NCBI GenBank assembly: GCA_050949565.1
Contig: JBMNFY010000017.1
Span: 1,184,001-1,248,000 of the forward strand
Direction of reading: 5' to 3'
DNA length: 64,000 bases
Origin: Kiritimatiellia bacterium
GTDB lineage: Bacteria; Verrucomicrobiota; Kiritimatiellia; RFP12; UBA1067
This document shows positions 18,994 to 27,832 of this stretch, one piece after another. Under the pieces are notes generated by a model. The model was not told the DNA's origin and searched no databases. It saw nothing but the letters and a program-made list of their open reading frames with translations. Both the position numbers and the translations under genes were made by a program. The stretch's first letter is position 1, and every line of letters starts with the position of its first letter.

Positions 18994-19482
18994 ATTAGGA
19001 TTTAGGAGTTAGGAGTTAGCACTGCTCGGTTTTTCTCTCACAGAGGCACAGAGGGCACAGAGAGGCTTTTGGGATTTGGCGCTGCCTGGTTTTTTCTCAC
19101 ACAAAGGCACTAAGGGCACAAAATTTTTTTTTGGGGGGGGGCTGGCCGCAAATCGCAAGTCGCGGGTCGCGAGTCAGCCTCCCTTATTGCGACCACCCAG
19201 TGGTCACAATGGTGAGAGTAAAAGCACTGCTCGGCTTTTTCACTGCGCAGAGGTCAGTAGGGCGGGGCGTCTCGAACCGCCCTGCGCATGTCTTTTACCG
19301 GCGGCTCTCTTTCGGCGGTCCGAGACGTCCCGCCGTACTTTGTCTCACGCCAAATCCAGTTGTCCGGCTCGCGGAGCACCGGGAGGGACGAGCGTCGCTC
19401 GTCCGCGGGCAAGCAGACGCTTGCCCCTCCCTGCGCTTCGCAAACCCGATGGCAAGAGTTGGTTTCAAATTACCTGTCCCTT
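18994..19482. repeat. Mosaic of at least six short repeat families between convergent regulator genes
   Basis: TTAGGAG array; CACAGAGGG 9-mers; 75-bp palindromic repeat; GTAG-initiated REP doublet 19257-19338; GGGAGGG REP doublet 19381-19431; TTCAAATTACCTGTCCCTT 19464-19482. Confidence 0.8.
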
Positions 19483-20678
19483 GGTTGTCGGGGACTGCCG
19501 ATCCTTCCGGGACTGCCGGTAGCGGCGGTGCGGTTGGCGGCGCGCCAGGCGCGCATGGAGTGGCCCGTTGTGCGTTTGAAGAATTTGCGCAAGGAGTTCG
19601 GATTCGTGAAGCCGCAAAAATCAGAGATCGCCTTCAGTTGAATGTTCGGGTCTTTGAGTAACTGCTTGGCACGATCAAGCTGGACGGCGTGGATTTCATC
19701 GAGAATGGAATGGCCGGTGGCTTTCCGGAAACGGATGTCCGCCTGCCGCCGTGAACAGGGGAAAAGCCGTGCGACGCGCGCCGCCGTGAGACCGTTGCAG
19801 GCTTCGCGGCGGATGAAGTCCAGCGCCTCAAGGACGCTCTTGTCCGTTTGAACGAGAAGACGTGTCGAGGCGCGGCGGACGATTCTGAACGGCCCGAACG
19901 AGTGATGACGCTTGCCCTGATAGCCCTCTTTCGCGCGAAAACGCGCGAGCAACATGAGCGCGGCGAGATTCCCGCCGCGGCGGAAGTCGGGTTCAATGGA
20001 GGAGAGCGTTGGGACAGTGTGCTCGCAAATGGGTTCGTAGTTGTCCACACCGAGAACGGCGAGTGCCTCGGGGATGGCGATCTCCTCGAATCTGGCCGCT
20101 GTAATCGCTTCGGCCGCTGTCTGATCGTTCGCAGCAAAAAGTGCGCAGGGCTTCGGAAGTCCTCGAAGAAACAGACGGAGTTCATGCTGTCGTTTGGTTG
20201 CGTCCCCCACTGCTTGCGGGGCGAACACCCTGCAGCGTTTCCCATTCAACTTGAGAGCGGCAATGAAAGCCTTCTGACGTACCGTACACCAGTGGTGCGG
20301 TTCGGCATGCGGAAGATAGGCGAAGGTGTCGAACCGCGTCATCAATAGTTCGCGTGCCGCGAGCCGTGCTGTTTCTGCCGAATCATGCGTCACGGAAAAG
20401 CTGCCGCTCGGAAGCGTCTGCTGATCGTGTGAGAAGAACACGGTCGGCAGCATATCGAACTGACGTGCGTCGACGGTTGCGGACTCCTTGCCGCATTCGA
20501 CGATTGCGCCGAGCGGATGCCAGAACTCCACGAGTTCGCGGAGCCGTGTCTGCGTCGGGAATTCGTCGATGGCCTGCACATACCAGCCGATGCGCTTGGC
20601 GATTTCAAGCACGCCGGCGAGCTTGCCTGGTGCGCTCGTCTTTGCAGGCGATTGAAAATAGAGGATGACCTTTACCAT
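19470..20678 (-). CDS. XylR-type regulator (periplasmic-binding-fold domain + AraC HTH)
   Basis: LPKPCALFAAND, LAVLGVDN, PTLSSI, CGFTNPNSLRKFFKR; its stop codon lies inside the 19-bp repeat. Confidence 0.88.
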   Translation of the reverse strand: MVKVILYFQSPAKTSAPGKLAGVLEIAKRIGWYVQAIDEFPTQTRLRELVEFWHPLGAIVECGKESATVDARQFDMLPTVFFSHDQQTLPSGSFSVTHDSAETARLAARELLMTRFDTFAYLPHAEPHHWCTVRQKAFIAALKLNGKRCRVFAPQAVGDATKRQHELRLFLRGLPKPCALFAANDQTAAEAITAARFEEIAIPEALAVLGVDNYEPICEHTVPTLSSIEPDFRRGGNLAALMLLARFRAKEGYQGKRHHSFGPFRIVRRASTRLLVQTDKSVLEALDFIRREACNGLTAARVARLFPCSRRQADIRFRKATGHSILDEIHAVQLDRAKQLLKDPNIQLKAISDFCGFTNPNSLRKFFKRTTGHSMRAWRAANRTAATGSPGRIGSPRQPRDR

Positions 20679-20887
20679 GACTCGTAGTTTAGCACGTCCG
20701 CGGCAGGTTCTCAAACGGGATTCTTTTTTTTGCTGGAACGGGATTATGAATAGCGGGCGGTCTGCTATACTGCGAATTATGCGCTTACGGTGAAGTGAAT
20801 GTTTCGAGGATTGAAGTTGACGATGTAGTGACAAGAGGGCGGAGAAGCGTGCGTTGCCGTTGATGTGAGCCCCCTTAAAACGAAAGG

Positions 20888-22990
20888 ATGCTGATGATGC
20901 GAAGTGTATTTGTTTTGACGCTGGTGCTAGCCGCGAAAATGGTCAGCGCGGAGGGGTTCGCGCTTGTGACGGCGGATTGTGCCGTACCGATCACGGTGGC
21001 GGCGGGCGAGCCTGAGTTTGTGCGGCTCGCGGCGGAGGATCTGGCGTCGGACGTGCAGAAGATCACAGGCAAACGGCCTAAGCTCGTGACGGACGGCCAG
21101 GTGCCGGCCGGCGTGTGTGTGGTGATCCGTACGAAGGCGGGCGGCCCCTGGGAGAGTTACCGCGTCTCGACCGAAGGCGGGCGGCTCGTCATCGAGGGCG
21201 GCGACGCGCGCGGTACGGTGTTCGGCGTGTACGCTTTCATCGAACGGTATCTGAAGGTTGATCCCTTGTACTACTGGTCCGGCCGCGAACCGGAAAAGCG
21301 CGCGGAGTTACGCTGGGATTCGGTCGCGCTGAGCTCGGGCGCACCGTCGTTCAAGTTCCGCGGCTGGTTCATCAACGACGAGGACTTTTTGACTGAATGG
21401 AAAGAGAGCGCGGGCAAGCGCTACATCGATTATCCGTTCTACAGCCAGGTCGTGAATCACGATGTGATACGGGCGATCATCGAGTCGTTGGTGCGAAGCG
21501 GTTTCAACCTCATCATCCCGGCGAGTTTCATCGACATCATGAACCCGCCCGAGTCCGCAATCATCCAGGAGTGCGTGCGGCGCGGCGTGTTCGTGTCACA
21601 GCATCACGTCGAGCCCCTGGGGGTGAGCGCATTTTCCTACTTCAACTACTGGAAAGCGCGCGGCAAAGACCTGAAGTACTCCTGCTTCAGCCATCCCGCA
21701 GAGGTACGCGAGGTGTGGCGCGCCTACGCGCAGAAGTGGGCTGCGTACCCGAACGTGATCTGGCAGCTCGGGTTGCGCGGCGTGGCGGATCGCCCCATGT
21801 GGCATGCGGATTCCAACGTGCCGCAATCGAACGAAGAGCGCGGGCGGATCATCTCCGAGGCGATGGCGGAGCAGGTGCGGATCTTAGACGAGGTCTGTCC
21901 GAATCAACCGCGTCTGATGTCGACGACGCTGTGGGCGGAAGGGGCGGTGCTAAACCAAAAAGGGTTGCTAAAGATTCCAGAGGGCACAATCATTGTGTTT
22001 GCCGACAACTCGCCCGGATGGAAATGGCAGCGGGACTTCTACGAGACTCCGCGCAATCCTAAGAACACATACGGGGTCTACTACCACCACGCACTGATCG
22101 GTGGCGGCCCGCACCTCGCGCAGGCGGTGCCGCCGAACAAGACGTTCGAACTGCTGCGGGCAGCGCAGGAGCGGGGAGCGGGTGAGTACGCGATCTTCAA
22201 CGTCTCGAATATCCGCGAGTTCGTGTTGGGCATCGCCGCGACAGCGGAGATGACGTGGCGGATGGAGGGCTATGCCCCAGATGCGTGGCTGGACGGTTGG
22301 GTGGGCGAGCGCTTCTCGAAGCGGCAGGCGGAAATCGCCAACGCCTACCGCATCTACTTCAACGCCTACCAAATCCACGACCTGCAAAAAGTGCCGTTCC
22401 TGCTGGACGGGAATATGTTCCTCGCGGGCAACAAGGCCTTGCTCACGATGGCCGAGAAGATCAGGGGCAAAAGGATCGGGGCTGGGGCATCGACCGAGAA
22501 GATGCTGGCGTCCGGCGGGGGCGACGATAAGAAAGCGGAGGACGACGCTTTCTGGGACGGGCTGAGCGACGCGATACCGAAGCCGCTGCCCCGACGCGAA
22601 TCGTTCAAGCGTATTGTCGCCGAAAAGGCGGGCTTTGAGTTGGCTCTGCTGCATGCGCGCACCGCCGGAAGTGCGTTGCCGGAGGGAGAGGCCGCGCTCC
22701 TTTACGACAACCTGATTTATCCGTGCGGAATCATGCAGCAGACCTGTGCGTGGCTGGATCGGGTTTTCATCGCCCACGAAGCGCTTGATCTCGGCGACCT
22801 GCCAACGTGTGTGCGGTTGTTGAAAGAGGCCGATGAGGCGTTCTCGGAGATTCCGCATCTGGCCAAAGGGTACTGCGCGGGAAAGTGGGCCGACTGGTAT
22901 CGGGGTTGTAAAAAGCTGAATATTACTGCGACACTGAAAAGAACACGGGATGTCGCGAAGCTGGCTGAAAGGGCGGCGGCACAGAAATGA
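20888..22990 (+). CDS. Secreted glycoside hydrolase, GH115-like
   Basis: Signal peptide; GGDARGTVFGVY, FRGWFINDED, LGLRGVAD, YGVYYH, NVSNIRE. Confidence 0.78.
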   Translation: MLMMRSVFVLTLVLAAKMVSAEGFALVTADCAVPITVAAGEPEFVRLAAEDLASDVQKITGKRPKLVTDGQVPAGVCVVIRTKAGGPWESYRVSTEGGRLVIEGGDARGTVFGVYAFIERYLKVDPLYYWSGREPEKRAELRWDSVALSSGAPSFKFRGWFINDEDFLTEWKESAGKRYIDYPFYSQVVNHDVIRAIIESLVRSGFNLIIPASFIDIMNPPESAIIQECVRRGVFVSQHHVEPLGVSAFSYFNYWKARGKDLKYSCFSHPAEVREVWRAYAQKWAAYPNVIWQLGLRGVADRPMWHADSNVPQSNEERGRIISEAMAEQVRILDEVCPNQPRLMSTTLWAEGAVLNQKGLLKIPEGTIIVFADNSPGWKWQRDFYETPRNPKNTYGVYYHHALIGGGPHLAQAVPPNKTFELLRAAQERGAGEYAIFNVSNIREFVLGIAATAEMTWRMEGYAPDAWLDGWVGERFSKRQAEIANAYRIYFNAYQIHDLQKVPFLLDGNMFLAGNKALLTMAEKIRGKRIGAGASTEKMLASGGGDDKKAEDDAFWDGLSDAIPKPLPRRESFKRIVAEKAGFELALLHARTAGSALPEGEAALLYDNLIYPCGIMQQTCAWLDRVFIAHEALDLGDLPTCVRLLKEADEAFSEIPHLAKGYCAGKWADWYRGCKKLNITATLKRTRDVAKLAERAAAQK

Positions 22991-22999
22991 CAAATGGAC

Positions 23000-23492
23000 T
23001 TCAAATTACCTGTCCCTTAAGGCAAACAAAAAAAGCTGTTCTCCTTGTGGACAAATCTAAGGCTCATAATGGCCTATTACCGTAAGACGGTAAAAGCGCA
23101 CTCGCATCTGCGGTGCAAATACAAGGAGAACAGTGAAGGGCAGGGGTACAATAAACGGGACGGAGATGAAAGACCAAAAATTTTAAATTTTCGCTCCACT
23201 TAGTCGTTTTACACTGCTATCCCACGAAAAATCTGCGAAATCTGCGCCATCTGCGGATCAAAAAACCGAGCCATGCCAGAAACCAGAGAGCGTTGAGATT
23301 TCAACTGCCGGTTTTAGGCTAAATACCTGTCCCTTTGTCGTCCCTTAGTTGCACAAGATTGGTGCCGGGCTGTGTGGCACGGGCATCTTGCCCGTGTGGC
23401 GGCGTGAAACGCCGCCCGGACGAGCAACGCTCGTCCCTCCCGGCACTCCGCGAGCCGCGCCACTTAGTATGGTCTAAATACCTGTCCCTTAG
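23000..23492 (+). repeat. Three co-oriented (A/T)AAT(T)ACCTGTCCCTT sites with intervening 9-mer array and REP hairpins
   Basis: Sites at 23000-23018, 23317-23335, 23474-23492; ATCTGCG 9-mers near 23231; REP hairpins 23372-23457. Confidence 0.8.
23036..23133 (-). ncRNA. Candidate structured RNA, four-way junction
   Basis: Perfect 13-bp closing stem CTGTTCTCCTTGT/ACAAGGAGAACAG enclosing three hairpins; U7 tract follows on the minus strand; strand uncertain. Confidence 0.5.
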
Positions 23493-23584
23493 TCGTCGAT
23501 GCCCGCCTTACGCGGAAAGAGTCGCCAGCGGCGAGTGGTTACGCCCGTGAGCAGACCTTTGCGGCCTTATCCTGACGAAAGCGT

Positions 23585-23613
23585 TTGACAATCGGCCCCT
23601 GCCTAAATATATT
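23585..23613 (+). promoter_or_regulatory. Sigma70-type promoter for the defence operon
   Basis: TTGACA-17 bp-TATATT about 95 bp upstream of the xis-like gene. Confidence 0.7.
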
Positions 23614-23707
23614 AGAGGATGTTTTAAGTTGGGGAAGCTGCGCCCAGCATCCCCGTTACCGCCTCTGGCGTGGCAAGAAAACCAATCGCCCATGAGGAGC
23701 TAGAGAA

Positions 23708-23923
23708 ATGGCCGAGATGGAAGACCGCTGGTTATCAGTAGACGAGATAGGCAAGTACCTCGGTGTCAGTAGTGACACCGTTTACCGCTGGATCGACAAG
23801 CATGCGATGCCCGCCCATCGCATGGGCCGCCTCTGGAAGTTCAAGAAGGATGAGGTGGACGAATGGGTAAAGGCCGGTGGCGCGGCCGAGCCTGCGGAAA
23901 CAGACAAGAAGCGCAAGGAGTAA
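23708..23923 (+). CDS. Excisionase-family helix-turn-helix DNA-binding protein
   Basis: WLSVDEIGKYLGVSSDTVYRWI...GRLWKFKKDEVDEW; AGGAG RBS. Confidence 0.9.
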   Translation: MAEMEDRWLSVDEIGKYLGVSSDTVYRWIDKHAMPAHRMGRLWKFKKDEVDEWVKAGGAAEPAETDKKRKE

Positions 23924-23932
23924 TAACGGGCT

Positions 23933-26107
23933 ATGAACCATGTGATCCACAACAGCATCGTGAATTTTATCTGGGGTATCGCCGACGACGTGCTGCGCGA
24001 TGTTTATGTGCGCGGCAAGTACCGCGACGTGATCCTGCCGATGACGGTCATCCGCCGTCTCGACGCGCTCTTGGAGCCGAGCAAGGAAAAGGTGCTCGGC
24101 ATGAAGAAGCAGCTCGACGGGGCCGGGATCGCCAACCAGCACGCCGCGCTCTGCCAGGCCGCAGGCGAGGCCTTTTACAACGTCTCGCCCTTTACCCTGC
24201 GCGACCTGAAGAACCGCGCCAAGCAACAACAGCTCAAGGCCGATTTCGAAGCGTATCTGGACGGCTTTTCGCCCAACGTCCAGGAGATCCTCGACAAGTT
24301 CAAGTTCCGCAACCAGATCCCGACCTTGATCGAGGCCGACATCCTCGGCCACCTGATCGAGAAGTTCCTCGACAACCGCGTCAACCTCAGCCCCAAGCCG
24401 GTGCAGGACGTGGACGGCAACGAGCTTCTTCCGGCGCTCGACAACCACTCGATGGGCACCATCTTCGAGGAGCTGATCCGCCGCTTCAACGAGGAGAACA
24501 ACGAAGAGGCCGGAGAGCACTTCACGCCCCGCGACGTGGTCAAGCTCATGGCCGACCTGATCTTCCTGCCGGTGGCCGACGATATCGAGTCGGGCGCCTA
24601 CCTTGTTTACGACGGGGCCTGCGGCACCGGCGGAATGCTGACAGTGGCTGAAGAGCGCTTGGCCGAGCTGGCCGAAAGCCACGGCAAGGATGTCTCCATT
24701 CATCTGTTCGGCCAGGAGGTGCAGCCGGAAACCTACGCCATCTCCAAGGCCGACCTGCTGCTCAAAGGCGAAGGGGCCGAGGCGGAGAACATGAAGTACG
24801 GCTCCACGCTCTCCAGCGATGCCTTCCCGTCGCAGGAATTCGATTTCATGCTCTCCAATCCGCCCTATGGCAAGAGCTGGAAGACCGACCTGGAGCGCCT
24901 GGGCGGCAAGGGCGATATCAAGGACCCGCGCTTTGTCACCCAGCACGGTGGCGACCCGGAATACAAGATGATCACCCGCTCCTCGGACGGGCAGCTCATG
25001 TTCCTGGTCAATAAGCTCTCCAAGATGAAGCACACTACCCGCCTCGGCAGCCGCATCGCCGAGATTCACAACGGCTCGTCGCTCTTCACCGGCGACGCCG
25101 GTCAGGGCGAGAGCAATATCCGCCGCTGGATCATCGAGAACGACTGGCTGGAGGCCATCATCGCCCTGCCGGAGAACATGTTCTACAACACCGGCATCGC
25201 CACCTACATCTGGGTGCTGACCAACCGCAAGTCTGATACGCGCCGGGGCAAGGTCCAGCTCATTGACGCCACCGAATGGTACGTGCCGCTGCGGCGCAAC
25301 CTCGGCAAGAAAAATTGCGAACTCTCCGAAGAGCAGATTCAAACCATTGTCGATCTGGTGGTCAATCCCCGCGAGACCGAGAAATCCAAGATCTTCCCCA
25401 ACGAGGCCTTCGGCTACTGGAAGGTGACGGTGGACCGTCCGCTGCGCCTCGCTGTCGACCTGAGTCCGGCCCGGCTGGAACGGTTCGAGCGGGCCTGCGC
25501 CAAGGCCAAGGAAGAACCGCTGGCCAACCTGGCCCACCGCGTGGCCGAGACGCTTGGAACCGGGCCGCATCTGGATTTCAACGCCTTCATGGACGCCGTT
25601 GAGGCCGATGCCGACAAGCACAGCGTGAAGCTCACCGCCAAGCGCAAGAAGCTGCTGCAGAGCGACCTCTGCGACACCAGCGAGGACGCCGCGCCGGTGC
25701 TGAAGAAGGTTCACAAGCCGGGCAAGACCACGCCAGACCCCATGATTGGGAAGTTTGAAGTGGGAAGTTTGAAATGTGAGCAGGATAAACGTCACCCCTC
25801 ACATCTGTCCCTTCCCCCTTCTTCTGTAGTCGAATACGAGCCAGATACCGCCCTACGCGACAGCGAACAGGTACCGCTGCTGGAAGAGGGCGGCATTGAG
25901 GCATTCTTCCGGCGAGAGGTGCTGCCCTACACCCCAGATGCCTGGATTGATCCGGACAAGACCCAGATTGGCTATGAGATTTCTTTTACCCGGCATTTCT
26001 ACAAACCCGCACCTATGCGTACCCTAAAGGAAATCACGGCCGATATCTACGCGCTGGAGCAGGAGACCGAAGGGCTTCTGGAACAGATTGTCGGGGAGGC
26101 TCAGTGA
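23933..26107 (+). CDS. hsdM: Type I restriction-modification methyltransferase subunit M
   Basis: AGEHFTPRDVV, YDGACGTGGML, SNPPYG (N6-adenine), NTGIATY. Confidence 0.96.
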   Translation: MNHVIHNSIVNFIWGIADDVLRDVYVRGKYRDVILPMTVIRRLDALLEPSKEKVLGMKKQLDGAGIANQHAALCQAAGEAFYNVSPFTLRDLKNRAKQQQLKADFEAYLDGFSPNVQEILDKFKFRNQIPTLIEADILGHLIEKFLDNRVNLSPKPVQDVDGNELLPALDNHSMGTIFEELIRRFNEENNEEAGEHFTPRDVVKLMADLIFLPVADDIESGAYLVYDGACGTGGMLTVAEERLAELAESHGKDVSIHLFGQEVQPETYAISKADLLLKGEGAEAENMKYGSTLSSDAFPSQEFDFMLSNPPYGKSWKTDLERLGGKGDIKDPRFVTQHGGDPEYKMITRSSDGQLMFLVNKLSKMKHTTRLGSRIAEIHNGSSLFTGDAGQGESNIRRWIIENDWLEAIIALPENMFYNTGIATYIWVLTNRKSDTRRGKVQLIDATEWYVPLRRNLGKKNCELSEEQIQTIVDLVVNPRETEKSKIFPNEAFGYWKVTVDRPLRLAVDLSPARLERFERACAKAKEEPLANLAHRVAETLGTGPHLDFNAFMDAVEADADKHSVKLTAKRKKLLQSDLCDTSEDAAPVLKKVHKPGKTTPDPMIGKFEVGSLKCEQDKRHPSHLSLPPSSVVEYEPDTALRDSEQVPLLEEGGIEAFFRREVLPYTPDAWIDPDKTQIGYEISFTRHFYKPAPMRTLKEITADIYALEQETEGLLEQIVGEAQ
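25748..25824. repeat. In-frame inverted heptamer-array pair inside hsdM
   Basis: GGAAGTT-TGAAGTG-GGAAGTT-TGAAATG-TGAG, 11-nt spacer, TCACCCC-TCACATC-TGTCCCT-TCCCCCT; encodes GKFEVGSLKCEQDKRHPSHLSLPPS. Confidence 0.7.
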
Positions 26108-27471
26108 TGAAGCTGGCTCCTTATCCAGAATACAAGGATTCTGGTGTTCCGTGGTTAGGGAAGATACCGGCGCACTGGGAACTACATCGTGGAAAATGGC
26201 TTTTTCGCAAAATGGAAAGGCCGGTTCGCTCGCAAGATGAAGTAGTCACATGCTTTCGCGATGGAACAGTTACCTTGCGAAAGAATCGTCGAATCCGGGG
26301 CTTTACCGAATCTCTCAAGGAAATCGGATACCAAGGTATTCGCAAAGGCGATCTGGTTATCCATCAAATGGATGCCTTTGCTGGCGCAGTTGGGGTATCT
26401 GACTCCGATGGGAAGGGGACTCCAGTTTATTCTGTTTGTCTCCCCAAAAGAGATTTAGACACGCATTACTACGCACAACTGGTGCGTGAGATGTCTCGCT
26501 CGTATTTTATAACTTCGCTTGCAAAGGGTATCAGGGAGAGATCAACAGATTTTCGATTCGATACCTTCGCGTCACTAACGCTCCCCGTTCCTTTGCCGGA
26601 AGAGCAAAAGGCAATTTCTCGGTTCATGAGAAATGAATCCGCACAGATCAACAAATTCATCCGCAACAAGCGGCGGCTCATCGAACTGCTCAAGGAGCAG
26701 AAGCAGAACGTCATCAACCAGGCCGTGACCCGGGGGCTTGATCCCAAGGTCAAGTTCAAGCCCAGCGGCGTGGAATGGATCGGAGATATTCCGGAGCATT
26801 GGGAGGTTCGCCGACTCAAGTTCTTGTGCCACAACCTGAATGAACAAACTTCCGAAAAACAGCCAGGCGAGACGTATATAGCTCTTGAACACGTAGAAAG
26901 CTGGACCGGCAGGATTTCACTACCTGATGACGAGATCACCTTTGATAGTCAGGTGAAACGTTTTCAGCCCGGTGATGTTTTGTTCGGAAAGCTACGCCCG
27001 TATCTGGCGAAGGTAACACGGCCACAGACCGCTGGAGTTTGTGTAGGCGAGTTTCTGGTTTTGCGAGCGACCGGAGATGTATCGGCTGATTTCCTTGAAC
27101 AAAAGCTTCGTTCAAAACGCGTAATTGATCTGATTAACAGCTCAACATTTGGGGCAAAAATGCCCCGGGCTGATTGGACATTCATAGGCAATCTGAAGTT
27201 TGCGTATCCACCTGCGGACGAGCAGCGAGAAATTCTTGAGCACATCCAGGAAAAGTCAGCGGAAATCGACCAGGCCATTATCCGTGCCCAACGTGAAATC
27301 GAACTGATGCGCGAGTACCGCACCAGGCTGATTTCCGATGTGGTCACCGGCCAGGTGGATGTGAGAAATGTGAAGTGTGAAGGGGGAAGTTTGAATGAAG
27401 ATGAGTTCGAGGATATTGAAGAGGTAGAGGAAGAAATCGAATTGCCGGAAGGTGGAGAGGATGACGAATAA
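26104..27471 (+). CDS. hsdS: Type I R-M specificity subunit S
   Basis: YKDSGVPWLGKIPAHW and PSGVEWIGDIPEHW conserved repeats, two TRDs, LISDVVTGQVDV. Confidence 0.95.
   Translation: MMKLAPYPEYKDSGVPWLGKIPAHWELHRGKWLFRKMERPVRSQDEVVTCFRDGTVTLRKNRRIRGFTESLKEIGYQGIRKGDLVIHQMDAFAGAVGVSDSDGKGTPVYSVCLPKRDLDTHYYAQLVREMSRSYFITSLAKGIRERSTDFRFDTFASLTLPVPLPEEQKAISRFMRNESAQINKFIRNKRRLIELLKEQKQNVINQAVTRGLDPKVKFKPSGVEWIGDIPEHWEVRRLKFLCHNLNEQTSEKQPGETYIALEHVESWTGRISLPDDEITFDSQVKRFQPGDVLFGKLRPYLAKVTRPQTAGVCVGEFLVLRATGDVSADFLEQKLRSKRVIDLINSSTFGAKMPRADWTFIGNLKFAYPPADEQREILEHIQEKSAEIDQAIIRAQREIELMREYRTRLISDVVTGQVDVRNVKCEGGSLNEDEFEDIEEVEEEIELPEGGEDDE
27361..27400 (+). repeat. Purine-rich heptamer array upstream of the four-helix-bundle gene (within hsdS 3' end)
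   Basis: GTGAGAAATGTGAAGTGTGAAGGGGGAAGTTTGAATGAAG. Confidence 0.7.
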
Positions 27472-27832
27472 ACAGCCTCCTGAAATAACTGCGAGGGCCT
27501 TTGAATTTGCGGTGCGAATCGTAAAGCTGTGTCAACACCTTGACGAGTCCCCAGGCGTAGCGAGGACCCTTGCCAGGCAGCTTATCCGTTCCGGCACATC
27601 GATTGGCGCGAATCTGGAAGAAGGGAAAGGCGCTCAGTCGGAAGCGGATTATCTGACCAAGTGTTCCATAGCGTGCAAGGAAGCCCGGGAAACCCTGTAT
27701 TGGCTAAGGTTGCTTGCCGCGTCGGAAATCCTGACGACAAATCGTCTTTCGGAAATAACAAAAGAATGCGACGAGCTGGTAGCCATTCTCACCAGCATTA
27801 CCAAACGGCTGAAGGAGAAACAGAATGGCTAA
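27461..27832 (+). CDS. Four helix bundle protein (23S rRNA IVS protein / TIGR02436-like family)
   Basis: RAFEFAVRIV, QLIRSGTSIGANLEEG, IACKEARETLYWLRLL, ECDELVAIL; GGAGAGG RBS. Confidence 0.92.
   Translation: MTNKQPPEITARAFEFAVRIVKLCQHLDESPGVARTLARQLIRSGTSIGANLEEGKGAQSEADYLTKCSIACKEARETLYWLRLLAASEILTTNRLSEITKECDELVAILTSITKRLKEKQNG

Noticed and set aside
23036-23133. tRNA at the island boundary
   Set aside because: 13-bp closing stem, no GTTC T-loop, no 7-nt anticodon loop and no CCA end
19464-23492. CRISPR array or integron interpretation of the ACCTGTCCCTT repeats
   Set aside because: Spacing is highly irregular (about 0.15-3.5 kb), with no cas genes, attC structure or integron integrase in the window
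23493-23550. Possible C-terminal gene remnant (YAERVASGEWLRP*) at the island's left edge
   Set aside because: Too short to assign without a database search
23708-23923. Prophage or complete integrative element implied by the excisionase-like gene
   Set aside because: No integrase, att-bearing tRNA or phage genes in the window; such HTH genes commonly lead R-M operons
27461-27832. Diversity-generating retroelement (Avd-like gene)
   Set aside because: No reverse transcriptase and no template/variable repeat pair seen
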